This document shows, one piece after another, positions 48,401 to 62,063 of a stretch of DNA of 64,000 bases (positions within the stretch are counted from its first letter, which is position 1; each line of letters begins with the position of its first letter). A program made the position numbers and the translations under genes. Origin of the DNA: an uncultured Bacilli bacterium (GTDB taxonomy: Bacteria > Bacillota_I > Bacilli_A > RF39 > UBA660); assembly GCA_934140575.1 (NCBI GenBank), contig CAKPBJ010000005.1, positions 19,385 through 83,384 on the forward strand, written 5' to 3'. Below the pieces are notes generated by a model. That model worked only from the letters and a program-made list of their open reading frames with translations, was not told the origin of the DNA and searched no databases.

Positions 48401-49098
48401 GTATTCAAGATATCCAAGATATGATGAAAGAAGCTGGAATGGATGAAGATGGAAAGACTGTTTTATATGATGGTCGTACTGGTGAAGCATTTGATCATAG
48501 AATATCTGTTGGTGTAATGTATATGATTAAATTACATCACATGGTTGACGATAAATTACATGCACGTGCTACTGGTCCATATTCTTTAGTAACACAACAA
48601 CCTCTTGGTGGTAAAGCACAATTAGGTGGACAGAGATTTGGTGAAATGGAAGTTTGGGCATTATATGCATATGGTGCTGCACATACATTACAAGAAATGA
48701 TGACTGTTAAGTCTGATGATGTAGTTGGACGTGTTAAAGTTTATGAGTCAATAATTAAAGGACAAGAGATTAATGAACCTGGTATACCTGAATCATTTAG
48801 AGTATTAATGAAGGAATTCCAAGCATTGGGATTAGATGTTTCTATAATTAATGATGATGGAAAAACTTTAGAATTAAAGGATATAGAAGATTCAGAAGAT
48901 AAGGAAGACTTTAATACAAATATTGATGAAGTGGAAAATTCTCCAGCAAAAGAAATTAAAGATGAACCTGAAGATTTAGATGATGAGGAATATGATGAGT
49001 CTGACGAATATGATGATGATTTTGAAGATTCAGAAGATTTTGATGAAGATGAGTTATTTGAATCTGAAGAAATTGAAAAGGAAGGAGCTGATATTTAA
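45463..49098 (+). CDS. rpoB: DNA-directed RNA polymerase subunit beta
   Basis: 1211 aa with conserved beta-subunit blocks ([26 protein letters not shown]). GTG start. Acidic C-terminal tail. Confidence 0.98.
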   Translation: MSYKIVKSGDFRERRNFSRIRNSYELKDLLEIQKKSYNWFITDGIKEVFEDLFPVENFSGTLSLEFGNYHFDKPKYSIKESKDRESTFSAPLRVEVRLFNRESGEVKEQEIFMGDMPMMTDSGTFVINGAERVIVSQLVRSPSVYFNREIDKNGRELITNQIIPNRGTWLEFEVDARDVLYVRIDRTRKVPITTLLRAFGLSSDDEILKMFGEDEYLKNTIAKDSTKNTDEALIEIYEKLRPGEPATLDSSKNQIITRFFDEFRYDLSKVGRYKFNKKLNVIDRLLDQVLAEDIIVDGNVVFEKGTKITKANIKDLNEVLKNGYGVCDAIVNEELDSFNKVQVVKVQDPSDKKKKLIVIGNDQSIDVKRLTISDVYAAVSYYLNLLHGVGNFDEIDHLGNRRVRQVGELLQNQFRIGVSRMERVIRERMTTQEMEEVTPKTLINIRPVTAAMKEFFGSSQLSQFMDQTNPIAELTNKRRLSALGPGGLSRDRAGVEVRDVNASHYGRICPIESPEGPNIGLITSLASYAKIDDFGFIMTPYRKVVDSQITDEVEYLTADEELDYIISQSTVGTDEDNKIIDEQVNARFRGENILAKPENVDYIDVSPQQVVSVTTSCIPFLEHDDATRALMGANMQRQAMPLIKTEAPFVGTGVEFIAAKDSGVEVVAKHDGIVEYADAKKIVVNTKEGKETYELSNFELANSSICSHQRPIVHVGDKVTADKTILADGNSTDKGELALGKNMTIAFMTFNGYNYEDAVILNENLVKDDKLTSLHLEDYEMQCRETKLGPEEITRDIPNVSEEARKNLDANGIVAIGTEVKEGDILVGKVTPKGMAELSSEEKLLHAIFGEKTREVRDTSLRVPHGGDGIVHDIKIYSRKENDELPAGVSKVIRVYIIQKRKIQVGDKMSGRHGNKGVISLILPQEDMPYLPDGTPVDIMLNPQGVPSRMNFGQILELHMGMAAKKLGVHIATPVFDGASIQDIQDMMKEAGMDEDGKTVLYDGRTGEAFDHRISVGVMYMIKLHHMVDDKLHARATGPYSLVTQQPLGGKAQLGGQRFGEMEVWALYAYGAAHTLQEMMTVKSDDVVGRVKVYESIIKGQEINEPGIPESFRVLMKEFQALGLDVSIINDDGKTLELKDIEDSEDKEDFNTNIDEVENSPAKEIKDEPEDLDDEEYDESDEYDDDFEDSEDFDEDELFESEEIEKEGADI

Positions 49099-52000
49099 TG
49101 ATAGATGTTAATAAATTTGAAGCATTAAAGATTGGTATAGCTTCTCCAGAAAAAATCCGTGAATGGTCATATGGTGAAGTAAAAAAACCTGAGACTATTA
49201 ATTATCGTACACTTAGACCAGAGAGAGATGGACTTTTCTGTGAAAAGATTTTTGGACCTACAAAAGATTATGAGTGTGCTTGTGGAAAATATAAGAGAGT
49301 AAGATATAAAAATATTGTTTGTGATAGATGTGGAGTTGAGGTAACTCGTGCTAAAGTTCGTCGTGAACGTATGGGACATATTGAGTTAGCTACTCCTGTT
49401 TCTCACATTTGGTTCTTTAAAGGTGTTCCTTCTCGTATGGGACTTGTACTTGATATGAGTCCAAGAGATTTGGAAGAAGTATTATATTTTGTTAGCTATG
49501 TAGTTATTGATAAAGGTAATGCTCCACTTGAAAATAAGCAAACATTATCTGAAAAAGAATATAGAGCTTATTATGAAAAATATGGTACTGGTTTCAAAGT
49601 TGGAATGGGTGCCGAAGCAGTAAAAGAATTGCTTAAAAAAGTAGATTTAAAGAAAGATATAGATGAAATAGAAAAAGAACTTGAGACTGCTCAAGGACAA
49701 AAACGTACTCGTTTATTAAAACGTTTAGATGTGCTTGCTGCTTTCTATAAATCAGGAAATAAACCTGAATGGATGATTATGGATTGTATTCCTGTTATTC
49801 CACCAGAATTAAGACCAATGATTCAATTAGATGGTGGTAGATTTGCTACTAGTGATTTAAATGATTTATATAGACGTGTTATTAATCGTAACAATCGTTT
49901 AAAGAAACTTATTGATTTAGGAGCTCCTGGAATTATTATTCAAAATGAGAAACGTATGCTTCAAGAAGCTGTTGATGCATTATTTGATAATGGTCGTCGT
50001 GGAAGAAGCGTAACTGGTGCCGGAAATAGACCATTAAAATCAATTTCTAGTATGTTAAAAGGTAAACAAGGTCGTTTCCGTCAAAACTTATTAGGAAAAC
50101 GTGTTGATTATTCAGGACGTTCAGTTATCGTAGTTGGTCCATCATTAAAGATGTATCAATGTGGTATTCCAAAAGAAATGGCTCTAGAATTATTTAAACC
50201 TCATGTTATTCATGGTTTGGTAAGCAAGGATATTGCTCATAATATTAAAGCTGCTAAGAGATTAATTGATAAACAAGATCCTGTTGTTTGGGATATTGTT
50301 GAAGAGGCAATTAAAGAACATCCAGTATTATTAAACCGTGCTCCTACATTACATAGATTAGGTATTCAAGCTTTTGAACCAGTATTAGTTGGTGGTAAGG
50401 CTATTAGATTACATCCATTGGTATGTCCAGCATTTAATGCAGACTTTGATGGTGACCAGATGGCTGTACACGTTCCAATATCTGAAGAAGCTCAAGCTGA
50501 AGCTAGATTATTAATGTTAGGTTCTAACAATATCTTAAAACCATCAAGTGGAGATCCTATTGTTACACCTTCACAAGATATGGTTTTAGGTAACTATTAT
50601 ATTACAATGGAAAAAGCTGGTGAAGAAGGAGAAGGAAGAGTATTTAGAAATGCTAATGAGGCATTAATGGCTTATGAAAGACGTGAAATTACTCTTCATA
50701 CTCGTATAGCTTTACCTGTTGATTCATTTAGACATAAATTATTTACTGAAAGTCAAAAAGGTAAATATTTAGTAACAACTGTTGGAAAGATAAAATTTAA
50801 TGAAATTTTACCAGATACTTTTGCATATATTAATGAGCCAACAGATGAAAATATTAATAATATTACACCTAATAAGTATTTCTTAGAGAAAGGTACTAAT
50901 ATTCCAGAAGCAATTAAGGCTATGGATTTAGTTAAACCATTTGCTAAAGGTACTTTAGAAAAAATTATTGCACAAGTATTTAATAGATATAAGACAACTG
51001 AAACTTCTACAATGCTTGATAAATTGAAAGATTTAGGTTTCTATTATTCTACAATTGCTGGAGTTACTGTTAGTATGTCTGATGTTAAGACTAGTGATAA
51101 AAAAGGTGAAATTGTTGCTGAAGCACAAAAATTTGTTGATAAAATCAATAAACAATATAAACGTGGTTTAATAACTGAAGAAGAAAGATATAATAAAGTT
51201 ATTGAAACTTGGAATGGTGCTAAAGATAAAGTTCAAGAAGAGTTACAAGAAATTGCTAATAGTGACTTAGAAAACCCAATCTTCATGATGATGCATTCTA
51301 AGGCTCGTGGTAACATTTCAAACTTTACACAAGTTGCAGGTATGCGTGGATTAATGGCTAAACCAGATGGTTCTTCAGTAGAAATCCCAGTTTTATCAAA
51401 CTTCATAGAAGGATTATCTGTTGCTGAATTCTTCTTATCAACACATGGTGCTCGTAAAGGTTCTGCAGATACTGCCTTAAAGACTGCAGATTCTGGATAC
51501 TTAACTCGTCGTTTAGTTGATGTATCACAAGATATGATTGTTCGTGAAGAAGATTGCGGAACAGATCAAGGTATGGTTGTTAGGGACTTTATTAATGAAA
51601 AGACTGGATCAGTTATTGAAAGTTTAAGAGATCGTATTATTGGTAGATTTGCTAATAAGAAAATTGTTAATCCTGAAACAAAAGAAGTTATTGTTGATAA
51701 ACTTCAAATGATAAATGAATCATTAGCTGATAAAATTATTGCAGCTGGAATTAAAGAAGTTGAAATTAGAACTAATTTAACTTGTGCTACTGTAAATGGT
51801 GTATGTCAAAAGTGTTATGGTAGAAACTTAGCAACAGGAAATTTAGTAGAAATTGGAGAAGCAGTTGGTGTTATGGCTGCACAATCTATTGGTGAACCTG
51901 GTACACAGCTTACAATGCGTACTTTCCATACTGGTGGAGTTGCTGGTGTTGAAGATATTACTCAAGGTCTTCCTCGTGTTCAAGAATTATTTGAAGCACG

Positions 52001-52730
52001 TAATCCAAAAGGAAAAGCTACAATTGCTGAAATTGATGGTACTGTTTCTAAGATTAAAGAAGATCATGGTAAGTATAAGATTAGTATTACTAATAAATTA
52101 GAAACAAAAGAACATGTTACAAATTATGGTTCTAAGTTATGCGTTGAAAAGGGTACAGAAGTACATTGTGGTGATAAACTTACTGAAGGTGCTATAAGTC
52201 CTAAGGAATTATTAGCAGTTACTGACCCAATTACAACACAAGAATATATATTAAAAGAAGTTCAATATACATATCGTTCTCAAGGTGTTGATATTTCAGA
52301 CAAACATATTGAAATTATCGCTCGTAGAATGATTAGTAAAATAAGAATTGTTGATGGTGGAGATACTAAGTTCTTACCTGGTAGTCTTGTTAATTTCCGT
52401 GAATTTACAGATGGAAATAAAGATGCTATTATTCAAGGTAAGAAACCTGCTCTTGGAAAACCAATTTTACTTGGTATTACTAAGGCAGCACTTGAAACAG
52501 ATTCATTCTTATCTGCAGCTTCATTCCAAGAAACAACTCGTATCTTGACAGATGCTGCTATTAGAGGAAAAGTTGATAATCTATGTGGATTAAAGGAAAA
52601 CGTTATTATTGGTAAATTAATACCTGCAGGTACTGGTATTAAAAATTATCGAGATGTAGATTACGAATTAAAAACCGAATTTATGGATGAAGAACCTTTA
52701 GAACAATTAGAAGATCAATTTATGGAGTAG
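49098..52730 (+). CDS. rpoC: DNA-directed RNA polymerase subunit beta'
   Basis: [12 protein letters not shown] catalytic motif and a zinc-binding CxC...CxxC. TAATG overlap with rpoB. Confidence 0.98.
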   Translation: MIDVNKFEALKIGIASPEKIREWSYGEVKKPETINYRTLRPERDGLFCEKIFGPTKDYECACGKYKRVRYKNIVCDRCGVEVTRAKVRRERMGHIELATPVSHIWFFKGVPSRMGLVLDMSPRDLEEVLYFVSYVVIDKGNAPLENKQTLSEKEYRAYYEKYGTGFKVGMGAEAVKELLKKVDLKKDIDEIEKELETAQGQKRTRLLKRLDVLAAFYKSGNKPEWMIMDCIPVIPPELRPMIQLDGGRFATSDLNDLYRRVINRNNRLKKLIDLGAPGIIIQNEKRMLQEAVDALFDNGRRGRSVTGAGNRPLKSISSMLKGKQGRFRQNLLGKRVDYSGRSVIVVGPSLKMYQCGIPKEMALELFKPHVIHGLVSKDIAHNIKAAKRLIDKQDPVVWDIVEEAIKEHPVLLNRAPTLHRLGIQAFEPVLVGGKAIRLHPLVCPAFNADFDGDQMAVHVPISEEAQAEARLLMLGSNNILKPSSGDPIVTPSQDMVLGNYYITMEKAGEEGEGRVFRNANEALMAYERREITLHTRIALPVDSFRHKLFTESQKGKYLVTTVGKIKFNEILPDTFAYINEPTDENINNITPNKYFLEKGTNIPEAIKAMDLVKPFAKGTLEKIIAQVFNRYKTTETSTMLDKLKDLGFYYSTIAGVTVSMSDVKTSDKKGEIVAEAQKFVDKINKQYKRGLITEEERYNKVIETWNGAKDKVQEELQEIANSDLENPIFMMMHSKARGNISNFTQVAGMRGLMAKPDGSSVEIPVLSNFIEGLSVAEFFLSTHGARKGSADTALKTADSGYLTRRLVDVSQDMIVREEDCGTDQGMVVRDFINEKTGSVIESLRDRIIGRFANKKIVNPETKEVIVDKLQMINESLADKIIAAGIKEVEIRTNLTCATVNGVCQKCYGRNLATGNLVEIGEAVGVMAAQSIGEPGTQLTMRTFHTGGVAGVEDITQGLPRVQELFEARNPKGKATIAEIDGTVSKIKEDHGKYKISITNKLETKEHVTNYGSKLCVEKGTEVHCGDKLTEGAISPKELLAVTDPITTQEYILKEVQYTYRSQGVDISDKHIEIIARRMISKIRIVDGGDTKFLPGSLVNFREFTDGNKDAIIQGKKPALGKPILLGITKAALETDSFLSAASFQETTRILTDAAIRGKVDNLCGLKENVIIGKLIPAGTGIKNYRDVDYELKTEFMDEEPLEQLEDQFME

Positions 52731-52750
52731 TTAACTACTCCTTTTTCTTT
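52724..52750 (+). terminator. Intrinsic terminator after rpoC
   Basis: ggagtag/ctactcc stem with a TTAA loop, followed by T5. Confidence 0.8.
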
Positions 52751-52797
52751 ACTTTTATTGGTAGATTTAGTATTATTATTATAGGTTAGGTGATGAT

Positions 52798-52920
52798 ATG
52801 AAAAAATTAAATAATGGTGGTTTTGGTATTTCGACTATGATTGGTTTTATGATTGCTTTTGTTTTGTTTTTACTAATAATTGTCTTTGTATATATGTATA
52901 ATGGTATAGGTAATTTTTAA
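52798..52920 (+). CDS. Small hydrophobic peptide, 40 aa (not in ORF track)
   Basis: ATG preceded by AGGTGA. Sequence MKKLNNGGFGISTMIGFMIAFVLFLLIIVFVYMYNGIGNF has one TM. Translated by hand with no internal stops. Confidence 0.45.
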   Translation: MKKLNNGGFGISTMIGFMIAFVLFLLIIVFVYMYNGIGNF

Positions 52921-52929
52921 TAAAAATTG

Positions 52930-52958
52930 TTGACTTTAATATATTGACGTGTTATATT
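52930..52958 (+). promoter_or_regulatory. Promoter of str operon (rpsL-rpsG-fusA-tuf)
   Basis: TTGACT-17 nt-TATATT. A leader hairpin ctttgc/gcaaag follows. Confidence 0.6.
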
Positions 52959-53054
52959 ATTAGTGCTGATTAAATAGCTTTGCTTTTTTGCAAAGTTTTA
53001 TTTAAAGGGTAATATGATACACCTGGATATGTGTAAAGAAAGGAGATTGATTTA

Positions 53055-53465
53055 ATGCCTACAATTAACCAATTAGTTCGTAAGAATCGTAAGGATAAAG
53101 TAAGAAAGAGTAAAGCACCAGTTCTTGGTGTTGGTTTAAATACAATCAAGAAAAAAGCAACTGATACTAACTCTCCTCAAAAACGTGGAGTTTGTACTCG
53201 TGTTGGTACAAAAACACCTAAGAAGCCAAACTCTGCACTTCGTAAGTACGCTCGTGTTCGTTTATCTAATGGTAAAGAAGTAGATACTTACATTCCTGGA
53301 ATTGGACATAACTTACAAGAACACAGTGTTGTATTAATTCGTGGTGGTCGTGTAAAAGACCTTATCGGAGTTCGTTATCACATTATTCGTGGTACATTAG
53401 ATACAGCTGGTGTTAAAGATCGTAAGCAAGGACGTAGTAAATACGGTGCAAAAAAAGGAAAATAG
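53055..53465 (+). CDS. rpsL: 30S ribosomal protein S12
   Basis: PTINQLVRK and KKPNSALRK motifs. Confidence 0.98.
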   Translation: MPTINQLVRKNRKDKVRKSKAPVLGVGLNTIKKKATDTNSPQKRGVCTRVGTKTPKKPNSALRKYARVRLSNGKEVDTYIPGIGHNLQEHSVVLIRGGRVKDLIGVRYHIIRGTLDTAGVKDRKQGRSKYGAKKGK

Positions 53466-53500
53466 AATAATAAAAAAATTTTTGAAGGGAGGATTTAAAA

Positions 53501-53968
53501 ATGCGTAAAAGACGTGCAACAAAAAGAAGTATTTTACCAGATCCAATATATAAGTCAGAAGTAGTTGCAAAACTAATTAATACTATTATGTTAGATGGTA
53601 AAAAAGGAACAGCTCAAACTATCGTTTATCAAGCTTTTGATACAGTAAAAGAAAAGACTGGAAAAGAAGCTTTAGAAGTATTTGAAGCTGCTATGGAAAA
53701 TATTAAACCTCAACTTGAAGTTAAGAGTCGTCGTGTTGGTGGTTCAAACTACCAAGTACCTATCGAGGTTACACCTGCGAGAAGCCAAGCTTTAGCATTA
53801 AGATGGTTAACTAAGTATTCTCGTGAGCGTGGTGGAAAAGGTATGGCTGATAACTTAGCTAATGAAATTATCGATGCATCTAATGGTACTGGAGCATCAG
53901 TAAAAAAACGTGAAGATACTCATAGAATGGCTGAAGCTAATAAGGCTTTTGCTCATTATAGATGGTAG
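53501..53968 (+). CDS. rpsG: 30S ribosomal protein S7
   Basis: S7 signature. Ends in AFAHYRW. Confidence 0.98.
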   Translation: MRKRRATKRSILPDPIYKSEVVAKLINTIMLDGKKGTAQTIVYQAFDTVKEKTGKEALEVFEAAMENIKPQLEVKSRRVGGSNYQVPIEVTPARSQALALRWLTKYSRERGGKGMADNLANEIIDASNGTGASVKKREDTHRMAEANKAFAHYRW

Positions 53969-53981
53969 AAGGGAGTAAATT

Positions 53982-56051
53982 ATGGCAAGAGATACGTCTT
54001 TAGAGAAGACAAGAAATATTGGAATAATGGCTCATATTGATGCAGGTAAAACTACTTGTACTGAAAGAATTTTATTCCATACTGGAGTAACTCATAAAAT
54101 TGGAGAAACTCATGATGGTGAATCTCAAATGGACTGGATGGCACAAGAACAAGAACGTGGTATTACAATCACTTCTGCTGCTACTACAGCTCATTGGAAA
54201 GGTTATCGTTTAAATATTATCGATACTCCTGGACACGTAGATTTTACAATTGAGGTTTCAAGATCTCTTCGTGTACTTGATGGTGCTGTTGCATTAATCG
54301 ATGCACAAGCTGGTGTTGAACCACAAACTGAAACAGTTTGGAGACAAGCATCTGAATTTAAAGTTCCTAGAATTATTTTTGCAAATAAGATGGATAAAAT
54401 GGGTGCTAATTTTGAATATAGTTTAAAAACTATTAAGGATCGTTTAGGAGTTAATTCTAAACCAATTGAATGGCCTATTGGTGCTGAATCTGAATTCAAT
54501 GGAGTTATTGATTTAGTTACAATGAAAGCTTATCATTATGATGGACAACAAGCAGAAAATGCTGAAGAAATCGAAATCCCTGCTGATTTAAAAGAAATAG
54601 CAGAAGAAAAGAGAGAAGAGTTAATTGATGCTGTTGCTGAATTTGATGATGAAATGATGGAAACTTATCTTGAAGGTGGAGAAGTTTCAATTGAAATGAT
54701 TAAGAGAGCTATTAGAACTGGTACTTTAAATGCAGAATTCTTCCCAGTAATGTGTGGAACTGCTTTAGGTAATAAAGGTATTAAACTATTATTAGATGCT
54801 ATTCTTGATTATTTACCAAGCCCATTAGATATTGCATCCATTAAGGGTACTACTTTAGATGGAGAAGAAGCAGTTCGTCATCCAAGTGATAGTGAACCAT
54901 TTGCTGCTTTAGCATTTAAAGTTATGACAGATCCATTCGTTGGTCGTCTTACATTCTTCAGAGTTTATTCAGGACACTTATCAAGTGGTTCTTATGTATT
55001 AAACTCTACAAAAGATACAAAAGAAAGAATTGGTCGTATTCTTCAAATGCATGCTAATACTCGTAAAGAAATTAGTGATGTATATACTGGAGATATTGCT
55101 GCTGCAGTTGGATTAAAAAATACAACTACAGGTGATACATTATGTGATGAAAAGAAAGCTATTATACTTGAAAGTTTACAAGTTCCAGAACCTGTTATTC
55201 AATTAGCTGTTGAACCAAAATCAAAAGCTGATCAAGATAAAATGGCTTTAGCATTACAAAAACTTGCTGAGGAAGATCCAACATTTAAAGTTCATACAGA
55301 TCATGAAACTGGTCAAACAGTTATTGCTGGTATGGGTGAATTACACCTTGATGTATTAGTTGATCGTATGAGACGTGAATTTAATGTTGAAGCTAATGTT
55401 GGTGCTCCACAAGTTGCTTATCGTGAAACAATTAAGCAAGCTGCTGATTGTGAAGGTAAGTATATTAAACAATCTGGAGGTCGTGGACAATATGGACACG
55501 TTTGGGTTAAATTTGAACCAAATCCTGATAAAGGATATGAGTTTGTTGATCAAATCGTTGGTGGTGTTGTTCCTCGTGAATATATTCCAGTTGTTGACAA
55601 AGGATTACAAGAAGCTTTACAAACAGGTGTACTTGCTGGTTATCCAATGATAGATGTTAAGTGTACATTATTTGATGGTTCATATCATGATGTAGACTCT
55701 AACGAAATGGCTTTCAAAATTGCTGCTAGTTTTGCATTGAAGGAAGCTAAAAATAAATGTAAGCCAGTTTTACTTGAACCTATTATGAAAGTAGATGTTA
55801 CTACTCCAGATGAATATTTTGGTAATGTAATGGGTGACTTGACTTCTCGTCGTGGTAAACCATTAGGACAAGAAACTCAAGGAAATGCTGTAAAACTAAG
55901 TGCTATGGTTCCACTTTCAGAAATGTTTGGTTATGCTACTAACTTACGTTCAAATACACAAGGTAGAGCAACATTCGTAATGTTCTTTGATCATTATGAA
56001 GAAGTACCAAAAAACATTGCTGAAGAAATTATTAAAAAGAGTGGAAATTAA
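53982..56051 (+). CDS. fusA: Elongation factor G
   Basis: [17 protein letters not shown] and NKMD GTPase motifs. 689 aa. Confidence 0.98.
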   Translation: MARDTSLEKTRNIGIMAHIDAGKTTCTERILFHTGVTHKIGETHDGESQMDWMAQEQERGITITSAATTAHWKGYRLNIIDTPGHVDFTIEVSRSLRVLDGAVALIDAQAGVEPQTETVWRQASEFKVPRIIFANKMDKMGANFEYSLKTIKDRLGVNSKPIEWPIGAESEFNGVIDLVTMKAYHYDGQQAENAEEIEIPADLKEIAEEKREELIDAVAEFDDEMMETYLEGGEVSIEMIKRAIRTGTLNAEFFPVMCGTALGNKGIKLLLDAILDYLPSPLDIASIKGTTLDGEEAVRHPSDSEPFAALAFKVMTDPFVGRLTFFRVYSGHLSSGSYVLNSTKDTKERIGRILQMHANTRKEISDVYTGDIAAAVGLKNTTTGDTLCDEKKAIILESLQVPEPVIQLAVEPKSKADQDKMALALQKLAEEDPTFKVHTDHETGQTVIAGMGELHLDVLVDRMRREFNVEANVGAPQVAYRETIKQAADCEGKYIKQSGGRGQYGHVWVKFEPNPDKGYEFVDQIVGGVVPREYIPVVDKGLQEALQTGVLAGYPMIDVKCTLFDGSYHDVDSNEMAFKIAASFALKEAKNKCKPVLLEPIMKVDVTTPDEYFGNVMGDLTSRRGKPLGQETQGNAVKLSAMVPLSEMFGYATNLRSNTQGRATFVMFFDHYEEVPKNIAEEIIKKSGN

Positions 56052-56132
56052 TTAAAAGTGTATCAAAATAGTTGAAAGTTTTTCAATTATTAGATAAAAT
56101 ATAATTTGTAAACAAATAAGGAGGAAATTATT

Positions 56133-57317
56133 ATGGCAAAAGAAAAATTTGATCGTTCAAAACCACATGTTAACATTGGTACAATTGGACACGTAGATCA
56201 TGGTAAAACTACATTAACTGCTGCTATTTCTAAATGTTTAGCTGGTAAAAACGGTAATGCTGCTGTTGATTTCGCTAACATTGATAAAGCACCAGAAGAA
56301 AGAGATCGTGGTATCACTATTAATACTGCTCATATCGAGTATAGTACTGATGCTAGACATTACGCTCACGTTGACTGCCCAGGACATGCTGACTATGTTA
56401 AGAACATGATTACTGGTGCTGCTCAAATGGATGGAGCTATCTTAGTTATTGCTGCTACAGATGGACCAATGGCACAAACTCGTGAACATATCTTACTTGC
56501 TCGTCAAGTTGGAGTACCTAAAATGGTTGTATTCATGAATAAGTGTGATATGGTTGACGATCCAGAATTATTAGATTTAGTAGAAATGGAAATTCGTGAT
56601 TTATTAAACGAATATGGTTTCGAAGGAGACGATACTCCAATTATTCGTGGTTCTGCATTAAAAGCTCTTGAAGGAGATCCAGAATGGACACCAAAGATTG
56701 ATGAACTTATGGAAGCTGTTGATACATGGATTCCAACACCTGAAAGAGACAACGACAAACCATTCTTAATGAGTATTGAAGATGTATTCACTATTACAGG
56801 ACGTGGAACAGTTGTTACTGGACGTGTTGAACGTGGTACATTAAAACTTAATGATGAAGTTGAAATCGTTGGTATTAAGCCAACTAAGAAGACTGTTGTT
56901 ACTGGAATTGAAATGTTCCGTAAACAATTAGACTTTGCTGAAGCAGGAGACAATGCTGGTGTATTATTACGTGGTATTGCTCGTGAAGAAGTTGAAAGAG
57001 GACAAGTTCTTGCTAAACCAGGATCTGTTACTCCACATCATAAATTTAAAGGACAAGTATACGTATTAAGTAAAGAGGAAGGTGGACGTCATACTCCATT
57101 CTTCAACAACTATCGTCCACAATTCTATTTCAGAACTACTGATGTTACTGGTGTAATCACTTTACCAGAAGGAACTGAAATGGTAATGCCTGGAGATAAT
57201 GTTGATATGACTGTTGAATTAATTCATTCAATCGCTCTTGAACAAGGTACTAAGTTCTCTATCCGTGAAGGTGGACGTACTGTTGGTGCTGGAAGCGTTA
57301 CTGAAATTATTGAATAA
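56133..57317 (+). CDS. tuf: Elongation factor Tu
   Basis: [17 protein letters not shown] and NKCD motifs. 394 aa. Confidence 0.99.
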   Translation: MAKEKFDRSKPHVNIGTIGHVDHGKTTLTAAISKCLAGKNGNAAVDFANIDKAPEERDRGITINTAHIEYSTDARHYAHVDCPGHADYVKNMITGAAQMDGAILVIAATDGPMAQTREHILLARQVGVPKMVVFMNKCDMVDDPELLDLVEMEIRDLLNEYGFEGDDTPIIRGSALKALEGDPEWTPKIDELMEAVDTWIPTPERDNDKPFLMSIEDVFTITGRGTVVTGRVERGTLKLNDEVEIVGIKPTKKTVVTGIEMFRKQLDFAEAGDNAGVLLRGIAREEVERGQVLAKPGSVTPHHKFKGQVYVLSKEEGGRHTPFFNNYRPQFYFRTTDVTGVITLPEGTEMVMPGDNVDMTVELIHSIALEQGTKFSIREGGRTVGAGSVTEIIE

Positions 57318-57334
57318 TTTAGGTATAAATTTAT

Positions 57335-57371
57335 AAACTATTAACAATTTTGTTAATAGTTTTTTTTTTTT
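57335..57371 (+). terminator. Intrinsic terminator after tuf
   Basis: 12-bp stem aaactattaaca/tgttaatagttt followed by a T11 run. Confidence 0.9.
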
Positions 57372-57372
57372 G

Positions 57373-57410
57373 TAAAAAAATAGAAAAGTAAATATAAATT
57401 ACTTTTCTAT
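57373..57410 (-). terminator. Intrinsic terminator of the minus-strand femAB-like gene
   Basis: atagaaaagta/tacttttctat hairpin, followed on the minus strand by T7. Confidence 0.8.
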
Positions 57411-57411
57411 T

Positions 57412-58647
57412 TTATTTGTTCATTTTCTTATACAAATTATATGCAAAATTATTTAATACTATATCGAATTCTCCAATATATTCAGTAACTGTTGCATTAA
57501 ATCCTAATTTTGATTCATTTAATCCACTATATTGATTTTTGTTTTCAAAGTCTCCAACTATTGCATTTAAGTTAATATATTTAAATCCTTGTTCTGTATA
57601 ATCTTTAATCATTTGCCATCTAATTAAATAATTTGCATTTAAATTACTATTTGATTCATCTATTCCTTCGCTAAATATGTATGCAGCACCATCATATTTT
57701 ATTATCATTGCTCCACCAATAATAATTCCATTTGGATTTGTTTTAAGCATGTCTGTTGCTTTTAATAGCCTGTTTTTATATGTTGTGATTAATTTGTCAG
57801 ATTCCATTTTTTTATTTAAGTATTGATTTCTTTCTCGTTGGTCTAATGTCATATCTTGTACTTTTTCTGCTAATAAACCATTATATTCAACTTCTTTTTC
57901 ATAACTTCTTCTACTGTTAATAAGAAATTTTTCAGTATTTATTTTAGCGTAGTAAATATCTATATCATTTTCAAATCTTAAAGTCATCTCTTTATAGAAT
58001 GATAGTGGCTTTTTATCTTTTTTACCTGCAAATTGATATAACTTATTTACACTTTTTGATTCATCTTTTATAACTTCTATACCACTATTCATTGCATTAC
58101 GTATTTTGTTTCTTGTTCGTTTATCAAATCTTGTAAATGTTTCTTCTATATTTTTTTGTAATATTATAAGTGCTTCCCATCTAGGTTTTTCATTTTCAAA
58201 ATATAGATTTTTTCCTTTATATGAAAATCCTGCTTTTTTCAAGTTATTAATTATTTCTGTTCCTTTATTATTTATATTCATAATATTTCCTTGAGCATCT
58301 CTTATTGTTAGCGGGATATATGGGTCAATTCTTAATAGCATGAAGCCTTGCTTTCCAAGGACATTTTTTAGTTTTTCTACTAGTTCTTCTATTTGTTCTT
58401 TATTTTCGTAATTAAATAAAATTCCTCTAGGGGCATATGCTATTTTATTTTTCATGAATACTTCTTTGTATATTATTAATGTAGCACCCATTAGTTTATT
58501 GTATTCATTTATTATACCTAAGAATTGTGTTCTGTACCCGAACTTTTTCATTACATTTCCATACATTGAACTTTGAAAATAATTTCTATATTTATGTGAT
58601 GAAGCAAATTTATCAAATTGTGCAGACGTTAACTTTACTATTTTCAT
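57412..58647 (-). CDS. FemAB-family peptidoglycan interpeptide-bridge aminoacyltransferase
   Basis: 411 aa. Has the FemAB layout (two GNAT-like lobes with a central coiled-coil insert) and motifs YAPRG, LR.DP and GG..I. It is the only minus-strand gene in the window. Confidence 0.8.
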   Translation of the reverse strand: MKIVKLTSAQFDKFASSHKYRNYFQSSMYGNVMKKFGYRTQFLGIINEYNKLMGATLIIYKEVFMKNKIAYAPRGILFNYENKEQIEELVEKLKNVLGKQGFMLLRIDPYIPLTIRDAQGNIMNINNKGTEIINNLKKAGFSYKGKNLYFENEKPRWEALIILQKNIEETFTRFDKRTRNKIRNAMNSGIEVIKDESKSVNKLYQFAGKKDKKPLSFYKEMTLRFENDIDIYYAKINTEKFLINSRRSYEKEVEYNGLLAEKVQDMTLDQRERNQYLNKKMESDKLITTYKNRLLKATDMLKTNPNGIIIGGAMIIKYDGAAYIFSEGIDESNSNLNANYLIRWQMIKDYTEQGFKYINLNAIVGDFENKNQYSGLNESKLGFNATVTEYIGEFDIVLNNFAYNLYKKMNK

Positions 58648-58819
58648 CTTTGCCCACTTCCTATCATATTATATATTATATCATATAAATGATAAGTTTC
58701 AATAATATGAATATGTAATGTGAATATGTAATTTATTAGTGTAAACTACATTATATTTGTATTGAGAGGATAATTTTAGAGTGTTATAATTATGTTGTAT
58801 ATAATGAATATATTAATAG

Positions 58820-60055
<1,236 letters not shown>

Positions 60056-60062
60056 TTTTTTC

Positions 60063-60091
60063 TTGACAAATAGTAATATATTTTATAGAAT
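60063..60091 (+). promoter_or_regulatory. Promoter of proS leader
   Basis: TTGACA-17 nt-TAGAAT. Confidence 0.65.
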
Positions 60092-60097
60092 AGAGAA

Positions 60098-60310
60098 AAT
60101 TCAAAAAAATTTAAATCTATGGGGAGACCATAATTATATAAGCTCTTATGCACAGTGAGTTAAGGATAATGAGAACTTAATGATAATCTTATATAATTCC
60201 TATCTCTTCGGAGAAACATTGTTTCCGGTGTTACTTACATCGTTATAAAATTAAGAAAAATTAAGGATGGTACCGTGCTTTATGCACTCCTTTGGTATCA
60301 TCCTTTTATT
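60098..60310 (+). promoter_or_regulatory. T-box leader (Pro; candidate specifier CCU at 60199-60201)
   Basis: T-box sequence AAATTAAGGATGGTACCGTG (60259-60278). Terminator arms aaggatggtacc/ggtatcatcctt are followed by a T-run. CCT followed by A sits in a loop-like context. Confidence 0.85.
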
Positions 60311-60324
60311 ATTAGGAGGTAAAT

Positions 60325-61980
60325 ATGAGATTAAGTAAAAGTTATTTTGTAACTAAGAAGGAAAATTTAAAAGATGATGAGTGTGTTAGTTCTAATTTAT
60401 TAGTTAGAGCTGGAATGATTAAGAAAGTTGGTAGCGGTATTTATGCTTTTTTACCAATGGGATTAAGAGTATTTAGAAAAATTGAAAATGTTGTTCGTGA
60501 AGAAATGAATAATATTGGTTCACAGGAACTTGTTATGCCTAGTTTACTTCCTGAGGATTATTATATTGATAGTGGAAGAAGAACAGTTTTTGGAGATGAT
60601 ATGTTTTCTTTAAAAGATAGAGTTGGTAGAGATTACGTATTAGGACCAACTCATGAAGAACTATTTGTTGAAGTATGTCGTGATATGATTAAGTCATATA
60701 AGGATATGCCAATTAGTTTATATCAGATGGCTAATAAGTATCGTGATGAACCTCGTAGTAGATATGGTTTAATAAGAACAAGAGAGTTTGTTATGAAAGA
60801 TGCTTATACATTTGATAAGGATTTAGAAGGTTTAGATGAGTCATATAAATTAATGTTTGATGCATATAAGAAAATTTTTGATAGAATTGGTATTGATTAT
60901 AGAATTGTTAGAGCATCTACTGGAGCTATGGGTGGACTTCTTTCAGAAGAATTTCAAGCAATTACAGATATTGGTGAAGATATAGTTGTTACTTGTGATA
61001 ATTGTGGTTTTTCTACTAATATTGAAATTTGTGATGTAAAGAGTGAATGTGAAAAATCTAATGAAGAAACAAAAGAAAAAGAATTACTTTATACTCCAAA
61101 TTGTGGAACTATAAATGATTTATATGAAAAATTTGGAATTGATTCTAAGAATACATGTAAAACTATGATATATAAAGTTGATGGTAAGTTCTATGCATTT
61201 ATGGTTAGAGGGGATAGAGAAGTAAATGAATATAAAATTTCTAGACTTTTAAATGCTGTTAGTGTTGAAATGGCTACTGCTGAAGAAGATGAAAAAATTA
61301 CTGGAGCTAATGTTGGATTTGCTGGACCAATTGATTTAGGAATACCAGTTATTATTGATAATGAAGTTTTATGTATGAAAAACTTCTTAGTTGGTGCCAA
61401 TAAATCGGATTATCATTACATTAATACTAATTTAAATGATTTTAAGTATGAACAAGTAGCTGATATAAGAAATGTATGTGAAGATGATAAATGTCCAGAG
61501 TGTGGTCATGATTTATCATTTAAACATGGTATAGAAGTTGGAAATACATTCAAATTGGGTACTAAGTATTCTGAGTCTATGGGACTTTATTTTGCGGATG
61601 AAAATAATAAATTAAAACCAGTTTTGATGGGATGTTATGGAATTGGTGTTGCTAGAATAATGGCCGCTGTTGTTGAACAAAATCATGATGAAGATGGAAT
61701 AATTTTCCCAGAAATTATTGCTCCATATAATCTTGCAATTGTTGTTGTTAATTCTAAAGATGAAACTCAAATGAAAGTTGCTAATGAATTATATGAAAAA
61801 TACAAAAAAGACGGAATAGAAGTAATTTTAGATGATCGTGATGTAAGAGCTGGAGTTAAATTTAAAGATATGGATTTAATAGGAATTCCAAAAAGAATTG
61901 TTGTTGGTAAAAAAGCAAGTGATGGTATTGTTGAACTTAAATATAGAGATTCTTCAGATGTTGAAGAGATTAATATTTAA
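60325..61980 (+). CDS. proS: Prolyl-tRNA synthetase (bacterial type with INS editing domain)
   Basis: Class II motifs, an insertion domain, a CPECGH zinc motif and a C-terminal anticodon-binding domain. Confidence 0.95.
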   Translation: MRLSKSYFVTKKENLKDDECVSSNLLVRAGMIKKVGSGIYAFLPMGLRVFRKIENVVREEMNNIGSQELVMPSLLPEDYYIDSGRRTVFGDDMFSLKDRVGRDYVLGPTHEELFVEVCRDMIKSYKDMPISLYQMANKYRDEPRSRYGLIRTREFVMKDAYTFDKDLEGLDESYKLMFDAYKKIFDRIGIDYRIVRASTGAMGGLLSEEFQAITDIGEDIVVTCDNCGFSTNIEICDVKSECEKSNEETKEKELLYTPNCGTINDLYEKFGIDSKNTCKTMIYKVDGKFYAFMVRGDREVNEYKISRLLNAVSVEMATAEEDEKITGANVGFAGPIDLGIPVIIDNEVLCMKNFLVGANKSDYHYINTNLNDFKYEQVADIRNVCEDDKCPECGHDLSFKHGIEVGNTFKLGTKYSESMGLYFADENNKLKPVLMGCYGIGVARIMAAVVEQNHDEDGIIFPEIIAPYNLAIVVVNSKDETQMKVANELYEKYKKDGIEVILDDRDVRAGVKFKDMDLIGIPKRIVVGKKASDGIVELKYRDSSDVEEINI

Positions 61981-62063
61981 TAAGTTTTTACTTAAAATTA
62001 AGTGTTTGCTTTTATTTGATATATATGATATTATATTAAGTGTTTATTAAACGGAGGGATTAA

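Noticed and set aside
48890-49095. Long acidic C-terminal tail on RpoB (DSEDKED...[30 protein letters not shown]).
   Set aside because: B. subtilis and other Firmicute RpoB proteins also end in an acidic tail of variable length. This one is longer, but it is not clearly a distinct feature.
56504-56953. 149-aa minus-strand ORF inside tuf.
   Set aside because: It is a shadow ORF of the highly conserved EF-Tu coding region. Its Ser/Thr/Pro/Ile composition is consistent with an antisense reading.
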